Assembly: GCF_009914755.1 (NCBI RefSeq)
Contig: NC_060935.1
DNA length: 64,000 bases
Source: the human T2T-CHM13v2.0 reference genome, Homo sapiens
Reading direction: 5' to 3' (one strand)
Below are positions 38,085-51,784 of the stretch, piece after piece. The notes beneath the pieces are model-generated. The model did no database searches. It was not told the origin of the DNA and saw only the letters and a program-made list of their open reading frames with translations. The stretch's first letter is position 1. Each line of letters starts with the position of its first letter. Position numbers and translations under genes: made by a program.

Positions 38085-40425
38085 TTAAAAAGTTAGCAGT
38101 TGAAATCTCTGATGATAGATGGTTAGGGTGCAGTCAAGCTAGACGCTGGAGTAGTTTTTGGCAAGTTGTGCTTGCACAGTTAGTTGCTGAATCTGTCATC
38201 TTCAGTTAAGGCTTTGATGACCACGTGCCTTGTGAACATGAAACTATGTAGGTAGCTCAGTTAGGTTTAGGGAAGGATAGCCCAGGCCACGTAATTTATT
38301 CAGCTAAAAAGACAAAGCATTTGAATGTCAGGTAGTTGGCAGTGACCCATAAGTGCTATTGCCTAATAGCTATTGGCAGCCATTTCAAGAATTCCAGAGA
38401 CCCAGATTGTAGAATTCACTCAGTACAAATGAGATGGATGACCTGGAGCAAGTCTCTTCCCCTTTCTGAGCCCATGTTTTCCCCGTGGTTGATTATGTAT
38501 TATGAGTGAAGGCAGGGGGGCCTTCCTTGTTATTCCAGCTTACCATTAAATACTCAGCATCTAACTGATAGTAAAAAGTAAATTAGTTTTTGTTGTCTTA
38601 ATGAAAGGGGCTAGACTTGATGATCTCTAGGGCCCAATTAGCTCCGGCATTCTACAGTTGTATCTTTTCTGGCACATACTCACCTTCACATAAGTCCTTG
38701 CTCTAGGCTGCTCGATTTATGCCCTGTATTGAAACTTAGGTAAGAGCCTCCCTTTTGGGTCAGTCCCTTCCTCTTGATTTCTCATCATTATACTTGTGAC
38801 CATAACTTAAATAAATTCCAGTATCAACCCACAAGCCTGATGCCATGCACTGTTATCCATCTTTCACATTTGTGTATTGTTTATATGTGTATTTTCATTC
38901 TCCCAGTGCTTTCACTTTATATAGATCATTACAGAGTGAATTTGAACATACTTAAAAATTCAATAATAACCCTAGAACCAAAGAAATATAATGTTTTTTT
39001 ATGTCCTATGAAGCTACCAAGAAGAGAAATATTAATAGCAAAAGAGATACTTCTAGAAATTTTTAAGACATCCTGAATATACAGCTATGCAAAACTAAAT
39101 AGTAATTTATTCCTAAGGTATGAGGTTAGGAGAGGTAACTACACTTTGATAAAAGTTTCATATTCAGCATAATGACAGGTGTCATCAACTCTTAAAATCA
39201 CAACTTTCACTTCTGGAAAAAAAAATCTCATTGATCTTGCCCAATTCTTGTACCTCACTGGTGAGACACTGATTGAAATAACTTATTTGCCTTTCCTAAC
39301 TTCAAGTAACATAGGAGTTGCAAGATTATTTATTTATTTATTTATTTATTTTCCAGTGGCCGAATTCTCTGAGCTCAGGACATTATTCTAAGGACTTGTT
39401 TTATTTTAGTATTTTTTTTAAATAATCCCCCGATGCCCTTTGAATAACTGGAGTAACACAGACAGTGTAATTGCTTTGAGGAACTGATGACTAATATTCC
39501 CAAAGCAAAAAGAAGGCAAAGCATTTAGATAATGAAATGTCAATCAGTGTAATAGAAGTGTCACTTACTTATTACTTACCAGTGTCTGAAAAGATTGCAT
39601 GGTATTTGAAGACACATCTGTGTGTCAATACAACCAAAAACATTGTGCATGCACACATGCAGTACTGTGGCTCTCCTTACATGCTTCAAGATACTCCACC
39701 TACAATAACGTAGCTACAAAGACTGGTATGTAGAAGATTATGTGTGCATGTGCATCTGTATGAGTGTGTCTGTGTGTCCATCTGTCAACTTTCAGGATTC
39801 TGTGAAATGCTGGCCTTCTTGATCTAACACTGCAAAGCCTGCATCTGCAGCTGCATTTTTACAGATAACCAGGATGTTTTGTTCAGAGGAAACTGCAGTG
39901 CCCTTGACATTGAACAGTGCCAGAAATCAACTCAAGACCATCAAGCAAGGATTTTAAGTGCATAAAAGAACAATTTTTCCATAAATATTTATAGGAAACA
40001 CTGCTCTGCATGAGTGAAAATGATAAGGATACGTAGTCAATAATCAAGTTGGGTTGTTATTTGTATGTAAACATTTAGAAATGGGCGAAAGAAAGAGAAA
40101 GTCCTACATTTTATTAAATAATCCAGACATTGCTTCAAATATTATGTTTTTCTGCCGGGGCTCCTTGCATTTTCCCTCATGCTGGCATCAGATTTTAACT
40201 TCTTCACAACCCTATATGTGAGTACTTTCAATCTCCAGAGCAAAGAGAAACTTTATTTGTTGGAAGCAAATGACATTTCAGAAGCAACATCTTAAAACTG
40301 AATGTCAAAATTAAGAAAATTTAGGCCAGGTAGCTTCAAACTAACATTCGAAGATATTTTTTGTGTTACTCAGGTAAAAATGACCAATTGGCAGTTGTGA
40401 TTTTGATACAATACATATAAGAACG

Positions 40426-40887
40426 TGTTATTTTCCTGTGGCTGCTATAACAAACCACTGCAAACAGGCAGCTTTAAACAACATAAGTCTCTTGTCTCAC
40501 AATTCTGGAAGCCATATGTCTGAAATCAAGGTGTTGGCAGGGCCCCACTGCCTCTGGAGGCTCTAAGGAAGAATCCTTCCTTCCCTCTTCCACTGTCTAC
40601 TGGCTTCAGGTATTCCTTGGCTATGGTTGCCAAACTCCAATCTCTGGGTTTGTCTTCACAAAGCTTTCTTTTCAATGGCTGTGCCTTTTTCTTCATTTGC
40701 TTATTATAAGAATACATGTCATTGAATTTAGGGCAACCTGGATAAATTAGGATAATCTTATCTCAAGATTTTCCACTGAATTATATATGTAAAAATATTT
40801 TTTTTTTCCAAATAGAGTCACATTAACAGTTTCTGGGGGTTAGAAAATAAATGTATGTTTTTGGGGACCACCATTCATTCCACTACA
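40426..40887 (-). mobile_element. Solo MLT1C-like MaLR LTR
   Basis: tgttattttcctgtggctgctataacaaa...tctcacaattctggaagcc...ggaagaatccttcctt...cactaca; TSD gaacg (40421-40425) / gaatg (43530-43534). Confidence 0.88.
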
Positions 40888-40888
40888 G

Positions 40889-43522
40889 CAGGGGCCCCCA
40901 ACCCCAGGGCCAAGGACCGGAGCCTGTCAAGAACCAGGCCACACAGCACGAGGTGAACATTGAGTGAGCGAGCAAAGCCTCATCTGTATGTACAGTCACT
41001 CCCCATTGCTGGCATTACCACCTGAGTTCTGCCTCCTGTCAGATCAGTGGCAGCATTAGACTTTCAGAGAAGCACAAACCCTATTGTGAACTGTGTATGC
41101 AAGGGATATAGGTTGCATGCTCCTTGAGAATCTAATGCCTAGTGACCTAAGGTGGAGCTGAGGTGGTGATGTTAGCACTGGGGAGTGGCTGCAAATACAG
41201 ATTAACATTAGCAGAGAGGTTTGACTACACAGAGACGATCATAAATCAATTGCTTACAGACTCATATCAAAACACAATAAGTGTGTGGCAAGTGACAAGC
41301 TGCATCTGGTAGCAGGCTTTATATTGGCAAGTGAGTTGATGTACTTCAATTGTCTGTTGCATCTGGTGGCAGGCTTTAAGTCACAATCTGACACTTATTT
41401 TAGTCTGCAGATGGCCTGCACATTATTTTATTTACCACTTCCATTCGTGCCTCTTTTCCACACTGTGCACTTGTCTCTGTCATGGTGTTGGTAAGCCCGC
41501 AAGCTAACCCTAGCTAAAATGAGTAAAAAACAAACGTCCCTACAGAGCTTCTATGAAAAAGGGGAAAGACCCAATGATGAGACAGCAGAAGACTCTAAAA
41601 CTGCCAACAAAAAGAAAGCTGCATTTAAAAGAAAATACCAAGAGTTCTACTTAAATTATGGTTTCATTGCAACAGGAGATTCACCTTGTCCAAGCCCGCT
41701 TTGTATCATATATGGCAATCGGCTATTCAGTGAAGCCATAAAACTTTCAAAACAGCTGTGCCCCATGGAGACTAAGCACCCTGCATTAAAAGGCACACCT
41801 TTGAAGTTTTTCAAAAGAAAAATACAAACACAAAGAACAGACGCAATTATTGAAGGCCACCACTTCATCAAATGTGTGTGCACTGAGAGCATCATTCTTA
41901 GTAGCTAATCGCACTGCTGAAGCTAAGAAAACTTTTACTATTGGTGAAGAGTTGATTCTGCCTGCTGCTAAGTACATTTGTTGTGAACTTTTAGGAGAGG
42001 CTGCAGTTCCAAAGGTGGCACATGTTCCTCTTTCAGCTAGCACCATAACTAGATGAATTGATGAAATAGCAGAAGATATTGAGGCATAATTGTTAGAGAG
42101 GATTAGTGAGTCACTGTGGTATGCAGTCCAGGTTGATGAGTCTATTGATGTTGACAACAAAGCAACAAGGCTTGTTTTTGTACAATATATTTTTCAGGAG
42201 GATGTGTATGATATGTGCACTTCTGTTGCCAACCAACACCACAGCTGCAGAACTACTGAAGTCTTTGAGTAATTACGTATCAGGAAACTGAGTTGGTCAT
42301 ATGGTATTGATATATGCACAGATGGAGTGGCTGCCATGACTGGATGGCTTTCTGGTTTCGCTACTTGGGTCAAAGAGGTCACTTCTTAATGTGAGTCTAC
42401 ACGCTGGGTCATCCACAGAGAAATGCTGATGAGCCAAAAAATGTCACCTAAATTTAACAACGTTTTCCAGTATGTGATTAAAATCATCAACCGCATTAAA
42501 GTACATCCCCTTAACTCACTTCTGTTTGCGCAGCTCTGTGAGTATATGGACGCAGAGCGCATACGTCTTCTCGTATACGCAGAAGTGAGATGGCTTTCTA
42601 AAGGTAGATCACTGGCCAGAGTCTTTGAGTAGCACATTTTAGTGGCACAGAATGGGTCACAAGACTTGCTTATTTGATGGCATATTCAACCTGCTCAATG
42701 AACTCAATCTGTCACCTCAGGGGAGAATTACAACTGTGTTCAAGTCTGCATATAAAGTGGTTGCATCCAATGCCAAACTGGAATTAATGGGGGCAATGAG
42801 CGAATGTTGGGATTTTTGACATGTTTCAAAAATTAGAAGAAATTTTGAAAGATACTGAGCCAGGGCCTTCTTTCTTCCAGCTGGTGCATGATCACCTATC
42901 TCAGCTTTCAAGAGAGTCTGAACATTATTTCCCAACCACAAAAGACCCACCTCCACAACTGGGAAGGAATGGATCTGCAACCCATTTGTGAATAAGCCAG
43001 GTGAATTGACTTTGTCTGTGCTGGAAGAGGATCAACTGCTTGAAATCGCAAATCGAGGTGGCCTTAAAAGTATGTTTGAGACAACTTCAAGTCTTTACAC
43101 ATTCTGGATTAAAGTCAAGGCAAAATATACTGAGATTGCCACGAAAGCACTGAAAAACCTGCTTCTATTTCCAACATCCTATCTTTGTGAAGCAGGGTTT
43201 TCTGCAGTGACAGCAACCAAAATAAGATTACAGAGTAGACTGGACATAAGCAACACACTTGGGGTGTCACTGTCTCCCATCACCCCCATTTGGGACAATC
43301 TAGTTGCAGGGAAAAAAATTCCAGGGTTCCCACTGATTCTATGTTACGGTGAGTTGTGTAACTATTTTATTATGTATTACCATGTGATAATAATAGAAAT
43401 AAAATGCACAATACATGTAATGTGCTTGAATATTCCTGAACCCACCACCCCCAAACCCAGCCGTTGGAAAAATTGTCTTCCATGAAATCAGTACTTGGTG
43501 CCAAAAAGGTTAGGGACCGCCG
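40889..43522 (+). mobile_element. Charlie3-like hAT DNA transposon (parent of MER1), near full length
   Basis: TIRs caggggcccccaacc...ggttagggaccgccg; 8-bp TSD cactacag / cattacag; MER1-like ends; internal transposase relic. Confidence 0.92.
41519..43330 (+). pseudogene. Degenerate hAT (Buster/ZBED5-like) transposase
   Basis: Fragments across frames: KRKYQEFYLNYGF/PLC (BED-finger relic), QVDES, ICTDGVAAMTG, VIHRE, EVRWLSKG, PTSYLCEAGFS; multiple stops and frameshifts. Confidence 0.9.
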
Positions 43523-44039
43523 CATTACAGAATGTCATAATTGCTGCCTTTTATGACGAAAATGCTGTGTCTCAGTAACTAAGACAGGCACATTGATCAA
43601 CAACTACAAAATCTAAGTGTATTTAATATTAAGGTCTTTTAGATAACTTAATAGGCTTTTGAAACAACAGAGAAGCCCTCACTTTGCAGATGTGTAAGTA
43701 ACTTTTCCATAAAGTTAAATGAAACCATTAAAATATTTTCAATTATTGGTAATACATCCAAATAGTATGAATGGGGAAAATAGGATTAGTGTTATCTGAT
43801 TGCCACTAGGGGGAGGAAAAATCAGCAAATGAGCAGCAAATATGAACTGGAAGAAAATGCTCCAAAAAGTTGGCGTGGCATATGTATTTTGGTTAACATT
43901 TGTGAAGTATAAGTAGTGCATTACACAATTAAAGAAACATTTTTTATTTTTTTACTTTTCTATATATTCTACATTAAAAATATGTTCTAATTATACACAC
44001 ACATTTAAAAGAAAAAAGTCAAAAGACATATAAATATCA

Positions 44040-44260
44040 TGGGAACATGGAACTTTAGAATGAGTCAGGACAAGTCTTAGATAACTTTGCTCAGCCTCTC
44101 TCCTTCGTGTGACATCCCTAGTAGAACAAGGTACACCTACCTCTACTTGGAAACTTCTGGTGATGGGGATCTTGTTTTTTTTTTTTTTTTTTTTTCAGTC
44201 TAACTCACTCTAGTATTGATCATCACTGAGTCAGAAACTTCTCCCCAAAATGGACTACAA
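44040..44260 (-). mobile_element. L3/CR1-like relic
   Basis: cctctacttggaaacttctggtgatgggga...gtcagaaacttctcccc. Confidence 0.45.
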
Positions 44261-44829
44261 CATGGCTACATTTTATATTCACTTGTGGCACAGTGTTACC
44301 ATATATTGAACTACAGGTTGTGCACTGCACAGCTTCATAGATTACAATATGCATAGCACACCCTGAAGATCAGCAGTGTCACAGGGTCAAGATTCCTTTC
44401 ATGGCCTATATCATTGTCCAAGTTGTATATATTCTTTCTTTGTCTTCCTTTTTCTCTTCCTCTTCTTCCTTTTTTCCTTTCTTTTAGCATTACTTGACCT
44501 CTTTAGAGGGAAGATGTGGCTCAAAATATTGCTTTGGGTTAATGTTCTTTGTCTTACATTTTTCCTGGAAAAAAATTAATCAGTGGTTTTTTCTTGATTT
44601 TCCACATTTACGAAGTTTGCTTTTAGACTGCAAAGTAACTCACAGCACAGTTTCAGATGACTTTTATTGACTCATGATCAAGGGAACCCTCAACACACAA
44701 AAGAAATTGAGCATGAATTTGTCATAACTACTGACTTAAGGCTAAGCAAGGCATATATACATATATATATGTGTGTGTGTGTATGTTTATCTAATTCTCA
44801 CAACTAATCTGTGCAATAATTGTTATAGC

Positions 44830-45150
44830 CACAGCTCTGTCCTGGAGTCACATTAAATAGTTCCCTCATCTGCCAATGCTCCTTTATTATGGGCTCTCAT
44901 GCATACTATCCTCTCTATTGAAACACTCACTCTGACCATCCCAACTTCCTCTTTTGTTTATTCTCTCTTTTGCCTGACAAACTCCAACTTATAATTCAGG
45001 TTTCAGAATAGACATGGCCATTTCCATGATCTTCCATGACGGGCTAGTTGCCCTCCCTATTTGCTCCCAAATGCTTTGCATGTCCCATATTTTATCCCAT
45101 AAATTTATATTATAGTTGCCTATGTACTAGTCTAGTCTCGTGTGCTAGAC
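44830..45150 (+). mobile_element. L2 LINE 3' fragment
   Basis: gcctgacaaactccaacttataattcaggtttcag...ccctccctatttgctccc. Confidence 0.6.
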
Positions 45151-45209
45151 TGTCTAACAATAGTCTCTTGTATTAGACTGACCACCGTGAGATCCAGGAC
45201 CATAGAAGG

Positions 45210-45450
45210 GGGAACATAGTTTAATCTACTACAGTGTAGTGAGGACATGGAACCTGCACCTATGCTTCCTGGATGTAAATCCTGTCTTTACCACTTACTA
45301 ACTGAGGGTCTGCAGACAAATTAAATGAATGAGTCTGTTTATTTGCAAAATGAGAATAAAATAGTCCATACTTTCTGCAATTGTTGTGAGAGAGAACACA
45401 GAAAAGGCGCTGAGAGGGTACATGGCATGCAGTAAGTGTTATTCGTTTTA
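45210..45450 (+). mobile_element. MIR SINE
   Basis: aaatcctgtctttaccacttactaactg...tttgcaaaatgagaataaaatag...ttgttgtgag. Confidence 0.75.
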
Positions 45451-45803
45451 TTGAGGCTAGTCATGAATGTAATCTCAAGCTGGCACATAGTAGATGCTCA
45501 GAAATTTTTGGAGACCCAGGATCATCTCAAATGTAACTTCTTCTATAAAGCCTTCTCAAATGCCCCATTTAGAAGTCTTCCTCTCAACTCAGATGACACC
45601 TTACCTCCTACTATTTAATAGTACTTCTTATCTATTACCATATATCCAGCGAATGTTTTCTGCATGTCGTTTTCTTCCTACCAAGCCAAAGCTTCTAGCT
45701 GGCAGGCTCCATATTTGTCTCTATTCATCACAACACCTATGGTAGAAAACAATTGTTGGATGAATTAATGACTCAATAAATCAATTTAAAAAAAAAAGTC
45801 CAT

Positions 45804-46113
<310 letters not shown>

Positions 46114-47899
46114 TCCAAAAAATCAAAGCGAGTCCTTGGAGACAGGTTGAAAAGGGAGACTGAGACTGAAAATGGGGCTGAAATTTGAATATTAAGCTAA
46201 GAAATTTAGAAGAAAACTGCAAAAAGAAGATGTCTTGCGCACCAAAACTCAGCACAACTGTGAAAGGTAGGTGGTTGCTGCTACTAGGTGATCTGTCAAA
46301 CTTTGTCACACACAGGAGCCATGTCACAAACCAGGGGCCTGATAGGTGCTGCCTTTGCATTGGAAACCATAAAGGGAAAGACTTCACTTCCAGAATTGGC
46401 TACTTTGTGCCCAGGAAGCAGAAAGACAACACTGAACTTTTCACATGGTCTTTGATAAAAGCGCCTGCACAGTGCATGATTGATAAAGGAGAAGACAAAG
46501 CTGTTCAACTATGAGACATTACTGGATTTTAAATATTTAAAGTTGATAATTTCTAGTTCAAGATATTGAACTAGAAATGTGAAGAGGTAGGGATGGTGTT
46601 CACACTTAACTTGTTGGAAAGATGACCACACATCATATGGAAAATCCAAGTCCAGTGAGAAAACAGAAAAATAAGTGTATAACAATTTTTGAATGATGTA
46701 AAAGTGAATTATTTCTGGATGAGTTTTCTGAAGTATGTGCTGAAAACATAACATCCAACAGGTTAGTCTTTCTAAAAAGAGTTCCCCTGATCAAATAGAT
46801 TTGGGCAAATGTGCATGCTCTAGGTCTCTCGGATAATGGACATCACAATATTAAATGTTCTGAAAAGTCTGGAAGTAATAAAACTTAAACTTCACTTGAA
46901 CCCTGAAAGGCAGTGACTTAACCAAAATGATCCCTGTTGATAAAAAAAAAAAAGGAAGAGAATTTACTTCTATTTTAAATTTTCATTAAAAGTGTTGTGA
47001 CTCCTCTTATTGACTTGATACAATAGGATTATGGAAAAATAACTTTGAAGAAGTTGAGAGATACCCTTAGCTCCTCTTTTTTACTGATACTTACCATGTA
47101 GGAACCAGTCTATAAACACTGGTTAATGTCTGGATTCTTGTACATAGGCAGTGAACTGCACTTGGATGTAAATCTTAATTTCCTCATATCTAAATTTCAA
47201 GATCATTCCAGTTTATATACTCATATATTCAGAAGGGAAGTCTAGTTTCCATACCTACTCACTTCTCCCACTATAACAGCTGGGCTTGACTTCTGAAATG
47301 TTCCTCTGTCTTCCTCCTAGAAAACTCATATGATGTCCTCAGTAAACTTCTCAATAAACTTTTCTGTTGTTGTCCCCCCCAAAACTCCAATGCTTTCTTT
47401 TGTTGTTCATTTGCCTTGATCTTTCTGCAGCATTACCTGTGGCTCTTCTCTTCTCTTTTTAGCTGAATCCTTCCTTATTTATTTTCCATATCCAGGATGG
47501 GTAATTGAAATAAAGTGAGATTTGATTTAAATTATAGAACAAGGCAGTGTCATTCTTTTGCTGAACTGAAAATTGCAATGGAAAATCTTTCTTGCAACTT
47601 TTTCTTTTTGGTATGGATTTTTTTTAAATGTGAGGTTAAGACCCAGGAAACCTGGAATTCAACCCTAGGCCTTGCTATTAAGCAGTAACATGATCTTGAA
47701 TAAAAATCAATTCCTGGCCCTTTGTTTTTTATCATCTATGGAATGAAGGAGAGAAACTTTAGAATATCTATACGTCTTTCTTTTACTGACATCCTGAATG
47801 CTCAGAAAATGCTTCTTCACCATATTTATGTGACTTTATCAAAATATTTGTCTCAGAGCCTACATAACAACACTATTTTAAAGAAAAAATCTTAAAATG

Positions 47900-48175
47900 G
47901 ATAGCCTAGTGTTTAACTGTGCAGACCTTCACACCAGAATGCCTGAGTTCAAATTCTACTCCCACCATTTCGTGTCTGTGTGATGTTGGAAAAATCACTT
48001 AACTTGTCCGTGCTTCAGTTTCCTCATCTGAAAAAAAAAGAAAAAGAAAAAAAAAAAAGATACAGCAGCAGTTTCTCCCTCAGAGAGTTTTGAAGATTAA
48101 AGAAATTAATAAACGGAAAGCACTCAGAATGCTGCTGGGTATATAGGGAATGCTATGTACATGTGGTCTTTATTA
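47900..48175 (+). mobile_element. MIR SINE
   Basis: cctgagttcaaattc...tcacttaacttgtccgtgcttcagtttcctcatctg. Confidence 0.85.
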
Positions 48176-48479
48176 TTAATGGATCTTGACAGTGGTTGAA
48201 AACAAAGTATTTAAATATGGTTTTATCCTTTTCTGTCTAATTATGCAGCATTGGTAATTTTTTCACTGCTTGTGAAAGTTTGATTCATTGCAGAGAAAAC
48301 CAAATACGTCATTGATAGCTTTAATTATAAACCCATACTCTGTCCACAATAATTTTTTAAAATTAAACATAGTCTCACTTTTCCTACTTTAGTAGACTAT
48401 GTGAAAAAAAAAACCTTTTGATTGACAAAATGATGACTTTGTGATACATATACAAAGAAAGTAGCCAACAATACGTTGT

Positions 48480-48730
48480 TATAATTCTTTCTTTATATAA
48501 ACTTGGTGTCTCTCAGAAAAGCTGAGAGGAGAAAGAACAGCAATCATATATTCGCAGCATTTATTATAGTACCCTTCTTATTTACTATTTCTGGTTCTTG
48601 GCATTTGTGTTTGTATATTTGAATTCCTGTCTGGTGTGAGTTCCTTAATCAAATATAGCTTTGTTCCTACTCAACTCCTTTGTGCTATAATCATAACTTG
48701 ATGTGATTCTTTAATTTGCCTTCAGTTACT
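48480..48730 (-). mobile_element. Old L1 fragment (L1MD-like)
   Basis: tatttgaattcctgtctggtgtgagttcctt...ctcctttgtgctata resembles antisense L1MD internal sequence. Confidence 0.45.
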
Positions 48731-48732
48731 TG

Positions 48733-49832
48733 AAGCTAGCAGAGGTCAGTTCATAAGTTAAAGGAATAAAGTTTTGTTCATATCATAAAAGTGCAAGGTG
48801 AGGCTGCAAATGCTGATGTGGAAGTTACAGTAAGTAATCCAGAAAATTTAGCTAAGACAATTGATAAAGAGGGCTATGCTAAACAACAGACTTTGAATAT
48901 AGACAAAACAGCCTTATATTGGAAGAAGATTCCATTTATGACTTTCATAGATAGAGAGGAGAAGTCAATGCCTGGCTTCAAAGCTTCAAAGGACAGGCTG
49001 ACTCTCTTCTTAGGGGGTAATGCAGCTGGTGACTTTAAGTTGAACTCAATGCTCATTTACCATTCTGAAAATCCTGGGGCTCTTTAAAATTACCCTAAAT
49101 CTATTCTGCCTGTGCTCTACAAATGTAAGAACAAAGCTTGAATGACAGTACATCTATTTACATCATGGTTTACTGAATATTTTAAGCTATCTGTTAATAC
49201 TTACTGCTCAGAAAAAAAAAAATCCTTTCAAAATATCACTGCTATTGAGAATTCACCTAGTCACCCAAGAGATCTGATGGAGATGAACAAAAAAGTTAAT
49301 GTTTTTATGTCTGCTAAAAGGACATCCATTCTGCAGTCCATGGATCAAAGAGTAATTTCTACTTTCAAGTCTTTCAACTCTCAAAGGCATTTCTTATTTA
49401 AGAAATATATTTCATAAGGCTATAGCTGCCATAAAGAGTGATTTGTGTGATGGATCTGGACAAATTAAATTAAAAACCTGCTGGAAAGAATTCACCATTC
49501 TAGATGCCATTAAGAAAATTCATGATTCATGGGAGGAGGTCAAAATATCGACATGAACAGGAGTTTGGAAGAAGTTGATTCCAAAACTCATGAATGAATT
49601 TGAGGGATTCAAGACTTCAGTGGAGAAAGTAACTGCAGATGTGGTATTAAATAGAAATAGCAAGACAACTAGAATTAGAAGTAGAGTCTGAAGATGTGAC
49701 TGAATTGCTGCAGTCTCATACTAAAACTTGAAGGGATGAGGAGTTGCTTCTTATGAAAGAGCAAAGAAAGTGATTTATTGAGATGGAATCTCCTCCTGGT
49801 GAAGAAATCATGGACATTGTTGAAATGACAAT
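48733..49832 (+). mobile_element. Tigger1 internal transposase fragment without TIRs
   Basis: [10 protein letters not shown]...[38 protein letters not shown]; [16 protein letters not shown] (TIGD1/pogo DDE type); stops and frameshifts. Confidence 0.92.
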
Positions 49833-49834
49833 GC

Positions 49835-50040
49835 ATCCGGATATGAATGTAGAGCCAGTGGCCTGCTTTTGTCTTCATGACTTTCTTGCTTTGGCCCCAA
49901 GGTTGTGAGCAGGGGCTATGTAGCCTCTAGTCTTCTCAACCTCTCCTGGTGTGAACATTGAATTATAATAAACTGAGATGAGGGTTATATGAGCCCCATC
50001 TTCTCAGCATACCTCAGCACTTCCTCCCTCCATGAAAGGT
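49835..50040 (-). mobile_element. Old L1 5' UTR fragment (similar to 32280-32560)
   Basis: gcctctagtcttctcaacc...ataaactgag...gagcccc resembles gccttttatcttctcagc...ataaacaagttgggcccc. Confidence 0.45.
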
Positions 50041-50282
50041 AAAAGCTGTCTTTTTTTAAATTAAACTTTCTATATTGAACAATTATAGATTCACACATAG
50101 ATGTAAAAAATAATTCAGAGAAACCCCATATATCTTTTATCTAATTTCCCCCAGTGGCAACACCTTGCAAAACTTTAGTATAATAACAGAATTAGAATAT
50201 TGAGGTTTATATAGTTAAGACACAAATATTTTCTATCAACACAATTAACTCTTTTGTTGCCTTTTTATATTTATATATTTAC

Positions 50283-50609
<327 letters not shown>

Positions 50610-50879
50610 TAGTATGAATGTACAACAGTTTGTTTAACTATTCACACATTAAAGGACATCTGGTTTGTTTCTAGTTGTTGGCCATTATGAAAAATAAAAA
50701 GGCTGCTATAAAAATTTACATGCAGGATTTTTTTGTGAGCATAGGTTTTTATTTCTTTGAGATTTATGCCTAAGAGTATAATCACATAGTTGTTGCAGTT
50801 TTAGTTTAAGAAACCACCAAACTGTTTTTCAGTGTCTGTGTAATTTTACATTCTTTCCAGAAATCTGTAAGGTACCTGT

Positions 50880-51784
50880 TGTTATGGGCTGAACTGTATC
50901 CCTCCAAAATTCATATGCTGAATGCCTAACCCACAACGTGGCTGTATTTGGAGATGGGGCCTTTAGGGAAGTAATTAGTTTAAGTGAGGTCACGAGAGTG
51001 GGTCCCTAATCCCATATGAATGATGTTCTTATTATAACAGGAAGCAACACCAAAGATCATTTTCTCTCCTTTTGTGTGAAACCAACCTAATTGTGCCATA
51101 GATAGTTTATGGGATAATCATAAAAATTGGCCCTGCCAGTCTTAAAACTTGAGAAACTTACAACTGCCTTATCTGAGTTTCTTTCTCAGGAAACCAACCA
51201 TCAGGCCTCCCAGATAGTATCAAGAAATTGAAACTTAACCAATCATCACATCTGGGCAATGAGACACCAGACCCCCTCATTCATCGTGATTGTTTCTTTA
51301 CCTGCTGTAATTATTGGTTTACTAAGGGACCACCTGCTTCCTATTGACCAACTCCTCTTCCTTACCCCTCTCTAATTGCTGTTTTCCTGCACATAGCTAC
51401 ATTCCTTTTCTGCTATATAAACCTTCAATTTTAGTTAGTCAGGGACATGGATTTGAGACTGATCTCCCAACTCCTCTGCTGCAGCACCTGAATAAAGCCT
51501 CTTCCCTGGTCATTTTCTGCTCAGTGATTGGCTTTTTGTGTGGTAAGCAGCAGTATCTAGACCAAATCCCAGAGTTCCTGTAACATATACACACACAGAG
51601 AAAATGCTTTGCACAGACATAAAGAGAAAGCAACTGTTTGCGAGCCAGGAAGAGAGAAACCAAACTGGAGAGCACCTTGATGTAGAATTTCTAGCTTCCA
51701 GAACTGTGAGGAAATACATTTCTGTTGTTTAAGCAACCCAGCCTGCCATATATTGTTATACAGTAGCCCTAGCAAACTAACACA
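50880..51784 (+). mobile_element. MLT1A/B-like LTR split by a nested LTR
   Basis: tgttatgggctgaactgtatccc...; resumes after 51585 with cttccagaactgtgaggaaatacatttctgttgtttaagc...gcaaactaacaca. Confidence 0.85.
51077..51585 (+). mobile_element. Solo LTR (LTR47-like)
   Basis: tgaaacc...gtaaca termini with internal ctatataaa and aataaa. Confidence 0.75.

Noticed and set aside
39850-39990. Possible plus-strand exon after ttttacag
   Set aside because: No convincing donor at a plausible distance and no open reading frame
41298-41380. Direct repeat g(c/t)tgcatctggt(a/g)gcaggcttta (LHLVAGF twice)
   Set aside because: Lies in the Charlie3 subterminal region and is most likely part of the element consensus
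41519-43485. Domesticated ZBED/Buster-like gene
   Set aside because: The transposase is split over many frames by stops and frameshifts, the BED cysteine and CxxH motif are altered, and it still sits between TIRs and a TSD, so it is a neutral fossil
48791-49417. TIGD1-like gene
   Set aside because: Truncated at both ends, with in-frame stops and altered catalytic-motif residues (for example DKT and IEN); the copy at 60456-62392 is similarly broken
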